This document shows, one piece after another, positions 28,821-40,500 of a stretch of 64,000 bases of DNA (within the stretch, counting starts at the first letter, position 1; each line of letters starts with the position of its first letter). The DNA is from Planctomycetota bacterium (lineage in GTDB: Bacteria; Planctomycetota; PLA2; JAEUHO01): assembly GCA_965222115.1 (NCBI GenBank), contig CBDCTJ010000003.1, positions 480,001-544,000 on the forward strand, in the 5' to 3' direction. The notes under the pieces are model-generated. The model was not told the DNA's origin, did no database searches, and was given only the letters and a program-made list of their open reading frames with translations. The translations under genes and the position numbers were made by a program.

Positions 28821-29270
28821 ATGTCAAACATCTTCGCGCAAGTTGCACAGCATTGGCTGGATGGTGGCGTACGACTCCACTCGCCAGCTACCGATGCACA
28901 AGTCGCCGAGTTTGAACATTCACAAGGCATCAAGTTGCCCGGCGATGTGCGCGAATATCTGCTCTCCGTCGGCGGTATGATGGATGGAGAAATGTGCTCC
29001 GAAGGGCTGACGTTCTACGGGTTGAGCGGAATCTATCTAGTCGACTCCCGATGGAAATTTGAGTCCAATCCACTGGGCCTATCTGTAATTGGGGATTACC
29101 TCGCGAACTGCTTCTGTTATGCCTTCAGCTCTACGGGAAATGGTAACGGCGAAGTGTACGAGATTCACAACAATGGCAATGATCCCGGACAACCCGTTGC
29201 CGCATCATTTCGAGAATTAATGAAGCGCTACCTAGCGAATCCGCACCAATTGTCATGCGGACTTCGCTAG
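28821..29270 (+). CDS. SMI1/KNR4 family protein
   Basis: PATDAQVAEFEHSQGIKLPGDVREYL..GGM; VAASFRELM. Confidence 0.85.
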   Translation: MSNIFAQVAQHWLDGGVRLHSPATDAQVAEFEHSQGIKLPGDVREYLLSVGGMMDGEMCSEGLTFYGLSGIYLVDSRWKFESNPLGLSVIGDYLANCFCYAFSSTGNGNGEVYEIHNNGNDPGQPVAASFRELMKRYLANPHQLSCGLR

Positions 29271-29562
29271 TGGATCTACTGTTGACTAACGCCACTCTGA
29301 GGATTTTCGAATACGCCAACGCGAGTATTTCGTTGACATTCCCTGCTCTTCACGATGTTTCAATCGGATCTTGTCTCAGCGGACTCAATACTTCTGGAAT
29401 CCTGACATAAACGCGATCGATACGTCGTCTATCAAGTGATGATGTGATCGCCTACGATGGAATCAGGACGATTGGACTTTCATCTAGGACTCCATACAAT
29501 GGAGGCGTGAACCAACGAAACTGGCTACTCATTCAAGTCATTGATCTTGCGCTATTCGCTCT

Positions 29563-29838
29563 ATGAACCAGTCCCGCACCAAACCCAGGACTCAACGCAC
29601 GTCAGGTTGGACGTATTTCGCATGCGGGCTCGTTTTCTTGTCTGGGGCGATCACGACACTTGAAGTCCTGCTGGGCTCTGTACCGGCGAAACAAGTGATC
29701 GTTGGGCTCGCGCTGCTCGGAATGGGTGTGGTCTATTTAATTCACGACGAACACCCCATCGCTGCCCGATGCATCGAGTTGGTCGCGTTGGCACTCTTCT
29801 TGACATACGTAGTCATGTACTTAATTGAGCACGTGTGA
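29563..29838 (+). CDS. Small three-TM membrane protein
   Basis: Three hydrophobic stretches in 91 aa. Confidence 0.55.
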   Translation: MNQSRTKPRTQRTSGWTYFACGLVFLSGAITTLEVLLGSVPAKQVIVGLALLGMGVVYLIHDEHPIAARCIELVALALFLTYVVMYLIEHV

Positions 29839-29932
29839 GTTCGTTCGCGTTCAATGCAGCTCCGCAGATTCAATGCGCACCCCTTCACCGACCTGAATCG
29901 TATAGACCCAATTCACAGGGCGGAACAACGGA

Positions 29933-30454
29933 TCAATCGAGATTCATCAATGACTTAAACGACCTCACGGACGAGGTGACCTGACCCCGCTTTGTATTGA
30001 TGAAACCAGGCACCTCCAGTTCTCTGTACATCCTGGTGTCGCTTAGGTTGCAGAGCTCGTGGTTCGCTCGGTAGGCCGCGCCTATGAGCATGACCTCTAA
30101 CGCCTTTACGGCGGGTCGCTCTCCAGACGAGTGCGATACGAATCGGTTCTTTGGCGTAATTTGCGACAACAGATAGAGACAGGGTGTGCCCCTCCGCCCT
30201 GCCAGAACGCGATTATAATGCGTCAACTTGTGGTGCGCGAAGCACTCGCGACGAAACACGCGAGAGGTTGCACGGCCTACGTACCAGGGCCGAATTCCTC
30301 GTCCGGCCTTTACACCAAAGACGTAACACCCAATGGCATAAGGTAGTCCCGGCACATCGGCATCGACATCTAACCAAAAATCGTCGAGCGCCTCGCGATC
30401 CACGATGCCTTGATAGCGGGGAATCTTGTACTCCCCATGAACAGTGAATTTCAT
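29933..30454 (-). CDS. GIY-YIG-like nuclease
   Basis: GCYVF..WYVGRA..R..; LEVMLI; ELCN; GGAG before ATG 30454. Confidence 0.7.
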   Translation of the reverse strand: MKFTVHGEYKIPRYQGIVDREALDDFWLDVDADVPGLPYAIGCYVFGVKAGRGIRPWYVGRATSRVFRRECFAHHKLTHYNRVLAGRRGTPCLYLLSQITPKNRFVSHSSGERPAVKALEVMLIGAAYRANHELCNLSDTRMYRELEVPGFINTKRGQVTSSVRSFKSLMNLD

Positions 30455-30667
30455 GTAAGTCTCCGTGGCGAGGATACAGGTGTGAATAATCGCCCATCGC
30501 AGGCAGTCGAAGGCAAGGGTATCGCAACACCATCTTCGTTCATCATCCAAATTCACGCCGGCATGTACGAAAGACTAGGAGATTGGGCGCTCATACGGCG
30601 AGCATTGACTTGGAAGAGACAATCTCAAAACCGTGGGTACCCTCGCGTAGGACTTCACGCAACTCGC

Positions 30668-31435
30668 CTACTTCCCGCCGCCCTTAACTTCATTGAGGGT
30701 GTCCTTGAGCGTCTCTCTAAGTGTCTCGCTGGGATCGACGCGTATCAACTCGTGAAGTCTTGACTGGACGCTTTCATCCTCGGGAAACAGCTCGGCCAAC
30801 GCCTCCGCGGCACTCAATCGAACATCCTCGTTCTCATCACGCGTGAGGGCAAGCAGCTTGGGGCGTGCTTGATTGCGCACGCGAGGAAGATAGGCAATCG
30901 CGTTCGGCGCGTACTTCCGCACCTCAATGCTGGAGTCGTCGAGTACGGCCAACAACGCTTCGCCGGCAGGGTCGGCCCTTTCCTCCAAATCCGTGAGCGC
31001 GTCCACTGCCCAAATGCGAGCTTTCTCATGCTGACTTGAAAGTGCCTTGGCTAAATACGGAACGCCGGGATCGCCAATCTGCCCCAACGCCCACGACGTA
31101 GTCGCACTACACTCGCCACCTTGGATGAGCCGACGGTAGAGCGCGGGTGCAGCGGGTTCCGCGATGGGACCAAGTGCTCCCAACACCCCGGCGATCCATG
31201 CGCCGATGCCGGCATCGACATCTGAACGATCGAGTGCCGCAGCGAGCGGCATCACAATCTTGGCGCCGTGCGCGGGAAGCGCCTTGTGTGCCGCGTCGCG
31301 CTTCTCTCCGTCGTCGCCATCTACGAGATCGTGAACTTGCGCCGCAATCGCCGGATCGAGAGCGGGCTCCGTAGGTGCAGATTCGCCACATCCAGAGAGC
31401 ATCAATATCAAGATGAATGAGCAGGCGATGCGCAT
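30668..31435 (-). CDS. HEAT-repeat lipoprotein
   Basis: Lipobox LSGC; ALGQIGDPGVPYL, DENEDVRLSAAEAL. Confidence 0.85.
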   Translation of the reverse strand: MRIACSFILILMLSGCGESAPTEPALDPAIAAQVHDLVDGDDGEKRDAAHKALPAHGAKIVMPLAAALDRSDVDAGIGAWIAGVLGALGPIAEPAAPALYRRLIQGGECSATTSWALGQIGDPGVPYLAKALSSQHEKARIWAVDALTDLEERADPAGEALLAVLDDSSIEVRKYAPNAIAYLPRVRNQARPKLLALTRDENEDVRLSAAEALAELFPEDESVQSRLHELIRVDPSETLRETLKDTLNEVKGGGK

Positions 31436-31502
31436 GATGTGCATCGTAGCTCTAGCGAAGGCAATTCCTAGTGAGGCGCAGTGTATGTCAGCATCCAATC
31501 GA

Positions 31503-32402
31503 CTACGCGTCCAAAGGAACAAGTCGCAACTCCGCCAATACCAATATGTGATCCGACAACGCGTCGTCGATCCCGTCGAAGTGGAGCGCGTGGTTGACAC
31601 GCTCAATGGCGATGGATTTGCCCGATCGAAAGAGTATGTGATCGGGGTCCCAACCCATGTGATTCTTGTGCTTGCGTGGCCACGGGACGCGAGTGTTCCA
31701 TGGTACCTGATGAATAGTGTGACCATCGATCCTGGTTTTCCCAAGCTTGTTTGCGTCCGTAAGTCCAGCGCGTAGGAGGCGTGTGTGCTGAGGATGTGGC
31801 TTGGCGTCGTCGTCCAGTGTGGGCGTATTGAAGTCACCCGCAATGACGAGCGCCTCGTGTTCATAGCGCTTCATGTAGTCGAGCAATACGCCTAGTTGCA
31901 TCGTGCGCGCTGGATTCTCGCCGAAGGCAAAGGTCAAATGTGTGTTGATCACACGAATAGGTCCAACGGGTGTCTGAATGTGAAGATCTTGAAAGCCCTT
32001 TGCAGCAAGTCGCTCTGCGAAAGACAGACTTTCATGGAGCGGAAACGTCTCCACGTGCTTCGAGAGAATCGGCCAGCGAGACAGAGTCAAAAGTCCACCT
32101 TTGGCGCCGGCCGAATGAGGATGCGACTTCGCCATGCCCTTGGCGATTAGGGCTCGATCGCCCTCAACCCAAATTTCCTGTAGGCAGATGATATCGAGCT
32201 GTAGCTTCGCCAATTCTATCGGCAGTTTGGTGCATCGCTCGCGCCAACGCTTGGCGACGAAGGGGATACCCCAACAGTTGAAATTCGCCACACGGATCGT
32301 AAGGGCAGTTGGTTGAGTGGCTTCACTTGAGGGTGACTTGGAGCAGCCCACAATCGACAGAAGCACAAACAACACAACCGAGGTGGCACGGAAGGCGTTC
32401 AC
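31503..32402 (-). CDS. Endonuclease/exonuclease/phosphatase family lipoprotein (neutral sphingomyelinase-like)
   Basis: NFNCWG, CLQEIW, NTHL, AGDFN, DHIL, LSDH. Confidence 0.9.
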   Translation of the reverse strand: MNAFRATSVVLFVLLSIVGCSKSPSSEATQPTALTIRVANFNCWGIPFVAKRWRERCTKLPIELAKLQLDIICLQEIWVEGDRALIAKGMAKSHPHSAGAKGGLLTLSRWPILSKHVETFPLHESLSFAERLAAKGFQDLHIQTPVGPIRVINTHLTFAFGENPARTMQLGVLLDYMKRYEHEALVIAGDFNTPTLDDDAKPHPQHTRLLRAGLTDANKLGKTRIDGHTIHQVPWNTRVPWPRKHKNHMGWDPDHILFRSGKSIAIERVNHALHFDGIDDALSDHILVLAELRLVPLDA

Positions 32403-32462
32403 AGCGACACGATAGCCGACTCATCACGAAGAACGCGTGCGATTCAGTGGCTGCCAACGATT

Positions 32463-32960
32463 TCACGCCTGAGCGTCTGGGCGCCAAGCGCGTAGACGTG
32501 GAATCCATCTCGGTACATGGCGTTTGTAGGTCGCCCAGTGATCAGGGAACGAGCGTGCGGCCCACGGCTCTTCGTGTACAAGCACACGGACATGAAAGAT
32601 GACAGATGCAACCAAAACGTAGCCAGCAAGTAGCGGCGACATGAACCACACTGCCCATCCAGCAATCAGCGTGAGCACGCCGATATACATAGGGTTACGA
32701 ACGCGGGCAAACAAGCCAACAGTGACGAGCTTTCGCGGAGGATCCCATGGTGCCAATGTTCCGCGACCGACCGAGAAGAAGTCGCGGACGGTCCAGCCAA
32801 CGATTAACACGCCCAGTGCAACTAATACAAGGCCCCAGTCCGTACGGATGCCGCGCCACGAGTCCATGCTTCCGATCAGCAGCGGAATCGCAATCGCCAC
32901 AATCATTGGCAGCGTGAGAATCGCACGAATGGCAGAAGCGGGGGTTGCGGGCACGCTCAT
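32463..32960 (-). CDS. Isoprenylcysteine carboxylmethyltransferase/PEMT family protein
   Basis: GRGTLAPWDPP.KLV..G....VRNPMY; EE..; Y...VPRW. Confidence 0.9.
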   Translation of the reverse strand: MSVPATPASAIRAILTLPMIVAIAIPLLIGSMDSWRGIRTDWGLVLVALGVLIVGWTVRDFFSVGRGTLAPWDPPRKLVTVGLFARVRNPMYIGVLTLIAGWAVWFMSPLLAGYVLVASVIFHVRVLVHEEPWAARSFPDHWATYKRHVPRWIPRLRAWRPDAQA

Positions 32961-32993
32961 GCACCTGAGGTTACTCGCGATGAGATGTGAGCG

Positions 32994-33566
32994 TTACGAC
33001 ATGCCCAACATCAGGAGCAATGGCAGCACGATCGAGAACGCCATCAGGGCCAACAACCCGATTCCCATCTTGCTTAGCGGTGCGTTTGTCGCTGGTTGAC
33101 TAGGCTCCAAGACGCGCTGAATGAGGTGACGAAACTTCCCATAGTAGAGTCCTCCCCACGCGGGCGTCTTTCGCACAAAGTAATTGAGCTTTGCGGTCGT
33201 GTCTCGTGCTGAAGGAACATGAAACCAAGCGAACCGCATGGGTGGCTTGGACTCACAGCGCTCGCGTGCCTCTTCCGTCACTTGACGGGCGAGATACGCC
33301 ACAATGACCGCGACGCCTTTTTGAAAACCGCGAGGAAGCAACGAGTTGTCTAACTGCTTCGCCTTCGCCGCAAGCGATTCGCGATCTTCGTCAATCATGG
33401 AGGCGGTCAATTCGTCCACGTGGCGTGCAACCACCACATACGTTAATTTCGTGAAGATGCAGTCCCAGTGCCACTGCTTCTTGATGGCAATGACCTCGTG
33501 TTCGCTCGTTTCAGCTATGTCGAATCCAAGTCGCTTCAGTTCGTCAACTTGAGGCTCTAAAGACAT
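32994..33566 (-). CDS. Hypothetical protein with C-terminal TM
   Basis: AGGAG RBS, ATG 33566; LPRGFQKGVAV. Confidence 0.7.
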   Translation of the reverse strand: MSLEPQVDELKRLGFDIAETSEHEVIAIKKQWHWDCIFTKLTYVVVARHVDELTASMIDEDRESLAAKAKQLDNSLLPRGFQKGVAVIVAYLARQVTEEARERCESKPPMRFAWFHVPSARDTTAKLNYFVRKTPAWGGLYYGKFRHLIQRVLEPSQPATNAPLSKMGIGLLALMAFSIVLPLLLMLGMS

Positions 33567-33644
33567 GGAGGCTCCTACGTTTGAATGATTATAGACTGAC
33601 CGCCCGCCTTGGATAGGATGCGCCCTCAACTAAAGGAGCACCCC

Positions 33645-34247
33645 ATGGATACACTTGAGGCCATTCGCGCGCGGCGCGCGGTCAAACACTACGACGCTAC
33701 CCATCAGATGACCGACGACGAGATCGATCAGTTGATGTCACTGGCCATGCAGGCGCCCACCGCGTTCAACATTCAGCATTGGCGTTTCGTATTGGTACGT
33801 GATCCTGCTCTGCGCAAGGAGATTCGCGCGGTTGCTTGGGATCAGGCTCAAGTGACCGATGCATCACTGCTGGTTGTGCTGTGTGCAGACCTCAAGGCAT
33901 GGGAACGGGAGCCCGGCCGCTACTGGAAGAACGCGCCCAAGGAAGTTGCAGACTTTCTCGTGCCCGCCATCGATCAGTATTATCGTGACAAGCCCCAGGT
34001 GGAGCGCGACGAGGCCATGCGCAGTTGTGGCATTGCGGCCCAAACCATCATGCTTGCTGCCAAGGCCATGGGCTACGACTCATGCCCCATGGACGGATTC
34101 GATTTCGACGCCGTGAGTAAGCTCATCAACTTGCCCGATGATCACGTCATCACGATGTTTGTAGCCGTTGGAAAGGGCACTCAAGCGGCGTGGCCGAAAC
34201 CCGGACAACTTCCCATGAGCGATGTGGTCATCACGGATCGCTTCTAG
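33645..34247 (+). CDS. Nitroreductase family protein
   Basis: RRAVK, APTAFNIQHWRF, GYDSCPMDGFD; AAGGAG RBS. Confidence 0.95.
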   Translation: MDTLEAIRARRAVKHYDATHQMTDDEIDQLMSLAMQAPTAFNIQHWRFVLVRDPALRKEIRAVAWDQAQVTDASLLVVLCADLKAWEREPGRYWKNAPKEVADFLVPAIDQYYRDKPQVERDEAMRSCGIAAQTIMLAAKAMGYDSCPMDGFDFDAVSKLINLPDDHVITMFVAVGKGTQAAWPKPGQLPMSDVVITDRF

Positions 34248-34295
34248 CCGCCCGAAATCTTGAACCATCAACCGCTCGAGCAGCGACAGAGTGGT

Positions 34296-37001
34296 ATGAG
34301 CAAGCCGATACGTCTGGTGGATTCCCTCGATCTCGCAACCCTAAGGAGCCACGACGGCTTCCTTCGGGCACTTGCGCGGGGACTCTTGATTGGCGACGTC
34401 GATGCCGACGATGTCGTACAGGACACGTGGTTGTCGGCGCTCAAGAACGAGGGGGCCGTCCGTCGACCACGAGCCTGGCTCGCGCGCGTCACACGCAGGC
34501 GCGCGATCGACCGCATACGGCGGGAACATACACGGGCGGGCTACGAGACAAGCACGCCCGGCCCACAACCCGTTCTCTCTCCTGCCGTCATCGCGGAGAG
34601 GGAAGAACTCCGGGCAAGATTGGTCGCTCGCGTACTCGCACTCCCACAACCGCTTCGCGAGGCCATTCTACTCCGGCACTATAACGGGCTCGCGCCTCGC
34701 AGCGCGGCCGAGGTCGCAGGAGTTCCGCTGGAGACGTTTCGTACGCGACTCAAGCGCGGCTATGCACGGTTGCGCGAGCAGTTTCTACGAGACGAACCCG
34801 ATCGCCGCTGGGTTTCCGGCCTCAGCGCGCTCGGCAACGTGTCGCTGGTGACGCCCGCGCTATCGCTCGGCATGTGTGCAGTTCTCTTCGGCCTCATCAC
34901 GACACTTGGACTCGTAATCGGCTATCTACTCGTCCACCGAAACACAGTCACGACCCCGGACGAAGCGTCCATACGAGAGGCCTCGGCAGATCGAGGCGCG
35001 GTACCTGATCGGGGGCCGATGCTCACGCCCGCAGTGCTTCAACAACAACGGGCGGTGAAGTCGAGCCCACCGCAGACCCGGAAGGGCTGTTGGCTTGTCG
35101 GACGAGTCAAGTCAGCGGTCGGATTTGGCAACACGCCGGTGACACTTCGCGTGCGCGACCCCAGGCAACCCGAACGACATGCGCTAACAAGCTTGAGTAA
35201 CATTGATGGCAGCGTCTCAATCGACGTGACTTCGCTCTTTCCGCAGTCGGATCCAAGGCGCTCACTTCTACAGTTGCTCGTTGAACTTGACCACCCGTTA
35301 CACATGCGAGCGTCTGTCAATGTCGAGGTATCTCGCCAGGCGCGACGCGTGGGTCGTTACCGGGAAGGACACGCGACACTAGCTCTTGAAGCCAAGCTCG
35401 AAGCAGCCTCACGGTGGGTTCGAGGCGTCGTAACGCCCCCACCCGGGATTGCGCCAGCCGACTTGCGCGTTGCCTTGCTCAGGTGGGATGTCGACGGTGA
35501 CCGTCCGTACCCATGCGCCTCGGATCACGCATCGCCAAACGATGACGGAAGCTACGAACTCCGTTCGACCACGGGAGGACGGCATGCGGTGGTCGCGTGG
35601 CCCGTGCCATCTACTACGTCCGCGTGCCTTCCAGGCCATATCTACGTGGACATCGGGCAACCAAACATCGAAGCGCCTCCGTTTGTTCTCGAAGCAGGCG
35701 ACGTTGTCGATGGACGTGTTGTCACTCGCGGTGAACTCCAGGACGGCGCGCGCCTTCATCTCGAGGCGACGCCCCGCGGCACCGGAGGAATGGCATGCAG
35801 TGACCCCGTACCACTTAAGTGGCAGCACGACTTGTTTCACATGAAGTATCGCGTCGTCCTTACGCGTCGCAACGGCTCCTTCGAGATTGCGGGCTTTCAT
35901 CACGGCCCCATCAATCTCCGACTCAAGCAAGACGTCTCGTGGAATGACGCGGTTTTACCTACCTATCGTGACGACGACGTTGAACTGCCCGAATGGTCGA
36001 TCCACGTACCAAGCGCGAATCACGAACTCGAGGTGCCACTGGAACTCTGGTTGCTACAGGTCGACTTTGATGGGATGGGCTATAGGAGGCTCGGCGTCCA
36101 CTGCGAGGGCTCGACTTTTGGCATGCACGATGTCGATGCGAAGGGGCGTACGGCGAACTTTGCGCAAGGCAACGGTAGCGTGCGCGAGCACGCCTTTCTT
36201 GCAGGAGAACTCGGGGTGGTAAAGGCAACCGTGCGGCCCGGTCAGTGGAGCCATGTTCGCTTTCGTCGTGCGGACGATCTCGGCTCGCTCAACATCGAGC
36301 TAGACGAAAACGCGGCCTCGAAGAGCGACCTGTTTCGTTTGTATCTTCGTGACGCGTCGCCAAACGGTCGCAACTGGCTTATGCGCATGCCGAGCTACGA
36401 GGCAGTTCGCCACGGGACTACGCTGAGCTACGCCAATGTGACGCCCGGAACATGGACCGGTGAACTCGTTCCGTGCTTCGGACGTGGAGCCGAGTGGAAC
36501 TCATTCCTTTGCGCGACGTTCTTCGACGTAGACGTTCCCGGTGGAGAGACGGCGCGCGTTCAAGTCACGCTTCCGGAAGGGGGCTACGTCCGAATCGAAA
36601 ATCTCCATGCCATTGCACATGCACTAGGCATTCGCGGCACGCGTTGGGCGCCCGGTAACCTACTTCGTTTGCGTATTCTGGACGACCAAGGCAAATCGCA
36701 GAAGGTGCGCTACGAAAGCACGGATCCAAAGCGCACGTTGGAGCCCTACGGGTGGCCACGGCGCCTGGATCGACCGGTGACGAGACACAGGAATGGCCGG
36801 TTTTGGCCTGCCTTGCAACCGGGGACGTACCGGCTGGAGATTCGGCGCCCCAAACCGCAGTCAAAAACTCCCCGTGTATGGGCGACAGATGACATACGGC
36901 TGCGAAACGAGGAGCTGCAAGACACCAAACCACGGTATGTCCCATTCTCAGTAGCGAAAGGAACGTGGACGGTCATTACTAGAGATCATGTTGCGCGATA
37001 A
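34296..37001 (+). CDS. ECF sigma factor fused to TM helix and large extracytoplasmic beta-sandwich region
   Basis: Region 2 ADDVVQDTW..AWL; region 4 LPQPLREAILLRHY..ETFRTRLKRG; TM; GSFEIAG/PGTY repeats. Confidence 0.85.
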   Translation: MSKPIRLVDSLDLATLRSHDGFLRALARGLLIGDVDADDVVQDTWLSALKNEGAVRRPRAWLARVTRRRAIDRIRREHTRAGYETSTPGPQPVLSPAVIAEREELRARLVARVLALPQPLREAILLRHYNGLAPRSAAEVAGVPLETFRTRLKRGYARLREQFLRDEPDRRWVSGLSALGNVSLVTPALSLGMCAVLFGLITTLGLVIGYLLVHRNTVTTPDEASIREASADRGAVPDRGPMLTPAVLQQQRAVKSSPPQTRKGCWLVGRVKSAVGFGNTPVTLRVRDPRQPERHALTSLSNIDGSVSIDVTSLFPQSDPRRSLLQLLVELDHPLHMRASVNVEVSRQARRVGRYREGHATLALEAKLEAASRWVRGVVTPPPGIAPADLRVALLRWDVDGDRPYPCASDHASPNDDGSYELRSTTGGRHAVVAWPVPSTTSACLPGHIYVDIGQPNIEAPPFVLEAGDVVDGRVVTRGELQDGARLHLEATPRGTGGMACSDPVPLKWQHDLFHMKYRVVLTRRNGSFEIAGFHHGPINLRLKQDVSWNDAVLPTYRDDDVELPEWSIHVPSANHELEVPLELWLLQVDFDGMGYRRLGVHCEGSTFGMHDVDAKGRTANFAQGNGSVREHAFLAGELGVVKATVRPGQWSHVRFRRADDLGSLNIELDENAASKSDLFRLYLRDASPNGRNWLMRMPSYEAVRHGTTLSYANVTPGTWTGELVPCFGRGAEWNSFLCATFFDVDVPGGETARVQVTLPEGGYVRIENLHAIAHALGIRGTRWAPGNLLRLRILDDQGKSQKVRYESTDPKRTLEPYGWPRRLDRPVTRHRNGRFWPALQPGTYRLEIRRPKPQSKTPRVWATDDIRLRNEELQDTKPRYVPFSVAKGTWTVITRDHVAR

Positions 37002-37534
37002 CGCGTTGGCTTGAGAGCCGCAGCCGCACCTTCGCAAGATCGCCGCTTGCGACGAATCCAGAATGCAATCACGACAATCGCAATCGCGCCGATTCCATAG
37101 GACGCGAGGTGGGCCCACAGGTCGGCAAGGAACGGCACGTGACGATCCGCGGGTACGCGCTGGGCCATTGGCCCGATGAGTTTCACCCATCCCTGCTGGG
37201 CTGCGAAGTATCCAAGGAACCCGGCAATCCATGCTCCCGAGGCCATGATCAAGAGACAACGCACGATGGGCCGAACAAGGTTGCGGGCGGTGAACTTCGG
37301 AGCGCTCCCCGCGCGAGCCGCAAGCGCGAGCAATACACCGCCAATCAAGCCGAACCACCATGTAGCCAACACGCCCCAAACGAGTGCCAGCGACACCGGA
37401 CTCCTTGACTCAATCACCTTGGGATGGCCGATGGTGAAGTACTCCACGCAGAAATGCGCGGTGACCATGTCGTGCATAATGCCGTAGACAATGGCCGCCA
37501 TGACGACGAGCAGAATGATCTTGAATACTTCCAC
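36986..37534 (-). CDS. Hypothetical membrane protein
   Basis: YGIMHDMVTAHFCVEYFTIGH, WGVLATWW; several TMs. Confidence 0.75.
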   Translation of the reverse strand: MEVFKIILLVVMAAIVYGIMHDMVTAHFCVEYFTIGHPKVIESRSPVSLALVWGVLATWWFGLIGGVLLALAARAGSAPKFTARNLVRPIVRCLLIMASGAWIAGFLGYFAAQQGWVKLIGPMAQRVPADRHVPFLADLWAHLASYGIGAIAIVVIAFWIRRKRRSCEGAAAALKPTRYRAT

Positions 37535-37593
37535 AGGTCTCCTTGCGCCGGGTCCTGCAACTTTGATTTGGGGTGCCTACCTACAGCGCACGT

Positions 37594-40500
37594 TCACTTT
37601 GACTTCTTGAGCGTCACATCAAACGATTCATCGATCGTGGCGTCGAGTGTTTTTTGGTACTCGCCATCCCGCGTGTGTGCAGTGATGGCGACTCTCCACG
37701 TGCCCGGAGGGAACCCGTCTTTTGAGAACTTGGTCACTGCGCCCACGCCGAAATCATAGGGACCCGTGGGCAAGTGAATACGAACCATCACGTGGCTCAA
37801 CTGCACACCTGCTGGAAGTTTGATCGAGCCCTTTAGAGGGCCGCCGTTCTTGGGCTCAATGGTCACGGATTCGCCAGGAAGAACACCGCGACGTAAGAAG
37901 TAGCGACCGTCTACACTACCGTAGGCACCCACGGCATAGGTCGCGTCCGGCGCAAAACCGTACAGCCTGTAGACATCGCGGTCACGACCAATGGGTCTTT
38001 GAACTTTAAGATTGTGGCGCACCTGATAGCCGGTTGTATTGCCAATGTAGATCTGGCGCATTTCGCCAAAGGACATGTCAGAAATGCCGGAGAGCGTGAT
38101 TGCCATTGGGGGATCGACGGAGGCGCGTATCTCTACATCTTCGTTGCCTGCATATAGCTCAACAGAATAGGCCTTTTTGCTGGAGCGATGGCTATGCGAA
38201 AGGAGTAACTGAACGGGCTCAAGCAATCCGTCTGGAACGACAGACACGTTATAAGTCCCCTCTGGCACGCCCGTAATCCGAAACCTACCTCTCTCGTTGA
38301 GTTTGCCATCCGCCTGTTGGTCGCTCTGCGCGGAATGCGCTCTAACGACGCCCGGACCTACGGGTCGCCCATCCGCATCAGCTACATGCCCGGCAATGAA
38401 GTAGCTCCGTTTCAGCGTGATCGTCTCATCCTTGGGACGCCACTCTTGAATCACACGATTGGCGTATCGAGCACGCAGGTCGTTCGGTGGCTCGACTTCA
38501 AGTCGGTAGGTACCAGATGGGTCAAGACTACCGAGCGTTATCTTTCCAAGGTTGTTGGTCTCAAGAACAAAGCCACCACCCCATTGATCGAATCGAATGA
38601 CGAGTGCTTCGGTAGAACGAAACGTAGATGCTCTTGCGTTCTCAATTGGTCGCCCATCTTCATCAACCACGGTGAGTGTTGCCGAAACCGCAGGCACCAT
38701 TTGAATCAATGCAGATCTTTGGCCCGTGGAGAGTTCGATCTCAGCCGCGGGTGGCATCCAGTCATCGGTTCCAGACAAGAAGAGTTGGTACTTACCGGGA
38801 TTGAGTCCCAAGATAACGAACTTTCCATCTCGGCCGGTGACGACCCAGCCGCGTGAATCTCCAAATACAAGAAGAGACGAATCGGCGTCATCAATCCTAC
38901 GCGCCGTTATTTGAATATCGGCGAGCCCCTGACCATCGCCAACGACTCTTCCAATGATCGATTCACCCTTCCTCGCACGAAGGATGAGCTCACCAGAGGG
39001 TGGAAAGCCTCCCGGCGGCGAAACATGTATCGGCGCAAGGTCGTCGGGTAACCCCTTCACATACACTGCGAACGTTCCATGCGCGGATACGTCACTGACA
39101 TCAAGAACCACTTGACCGCCAGTGAGGTCTCCCGACACCTCCGCCTCATCGCCATTTCTAGCCGTGTAATGGACCTGCACAGTGCCGTGCGTCACAGGCT
39201 TGTTATTCGGGTCCACGACGCGCACAAGAAGTCGTTCTCGCTTGTGCGACTTCTTCAGCACAAGGTTCACACCGCTGGAACCTGCATCCACGGTCTTCTT
39301 CGCCTCATAGCGCCACTCATCGCTCGTGGCCGTGGCCCTTAGCTCAACGGATCCTGCTTTGAGTCGGCCAATACGAAATGAACTCTCATTGAACACATGC
39401 ACCACTCGCCGTGTGCCCTCAGACTTTGCATTCGATTCCACGGCATAGACGCGTAGATTGCGAATCTCAACATCACTCGGCATCTCAATCGTTCCGTAAA
39501 CTGAGTATCCAGGCTCGAGCTTAATCGCCACGGCATGCTGATCAGCCGACAACGTGTACGGTTCAGTTTTGGCGTACGCAACGTCGTCTACATGGACTTT
39601 GAGTTCGCCATGAGGCGCATCGGCAAACACAACAACGCCATCGGCATCGGTTGTGCCCACCTGCCCGTTTCCAAAGACGAGCCTCTCGTCCCGGCCCTCT
39701 TCGGGTGTGGCTTTCAAGTAGACCTCCACATCCTTCAACGGCTCATTCGTACGCGATCGAGTCACGGTGACCGATACGGTGCGACCAAGGGGAAGTACCA
39801 CATCCACACGCGACGTTTGACCAGAGGTCGTGCGAATCTCTTGCGATAGGTGACGCGGGAACCCTGATGCCTCAACGCTGAGTCGCTGGGGCTCATCGGG
39901 GACGACATCGGTAAGCGTGAAGGTGCCGTCGGCTCCCGTCACTACGAAAGATTCGCCGACGGACGTGGGCTCTCCTACCGATGACACAGAGAGGGTGCCT
40001 GAATGGGAAGCATGGAAACGTACAAGCGCGCCTTCAATCGGCTCGCCCCTCTCATTGGTCACTCGTCCGGTGACCTTTGCGGCCCGCACAACCAACACGT
40101 CGGATTCAAGGACACCTTCGGATTCTAGTTGTTGTGTGTCTTGCATTGTGTCGAGGTCCCTATTCATGATCGAAAATAGGGTCCCAACGCCCGAGACATA
40201 TCCATTTCCCTGCGCAACGATGAGGATCTTGCCGGGCGCTACGTGTTCGACGAGAAAGTGGCCGCCCTTGGTCGAAGTCGCCGACGCGGTACTCACACTC
40301 TCCGTAGCCTCACTCGGAAGCTGCAATACGATGACGTTAACGCCTTCTACACCATTGCCTGTAGCGTCAATCACTCGTCCACGAACGCTCCCAACAGGAC
40401 TCATGCGAATGACATGCGTCGCTTCCAATAAGGTCGTGGACGGCTGATTGAACGCCTTGGGTGCAAAGCCATCAGCACGCACATGAAAGTTGCCGGATCC

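Noticed and set aside
29271-29562. AT-richer intergenic stretch with TTGACA at 29333
   Set aside because: No well-spaced -10 box and no convincing ORF or structure.
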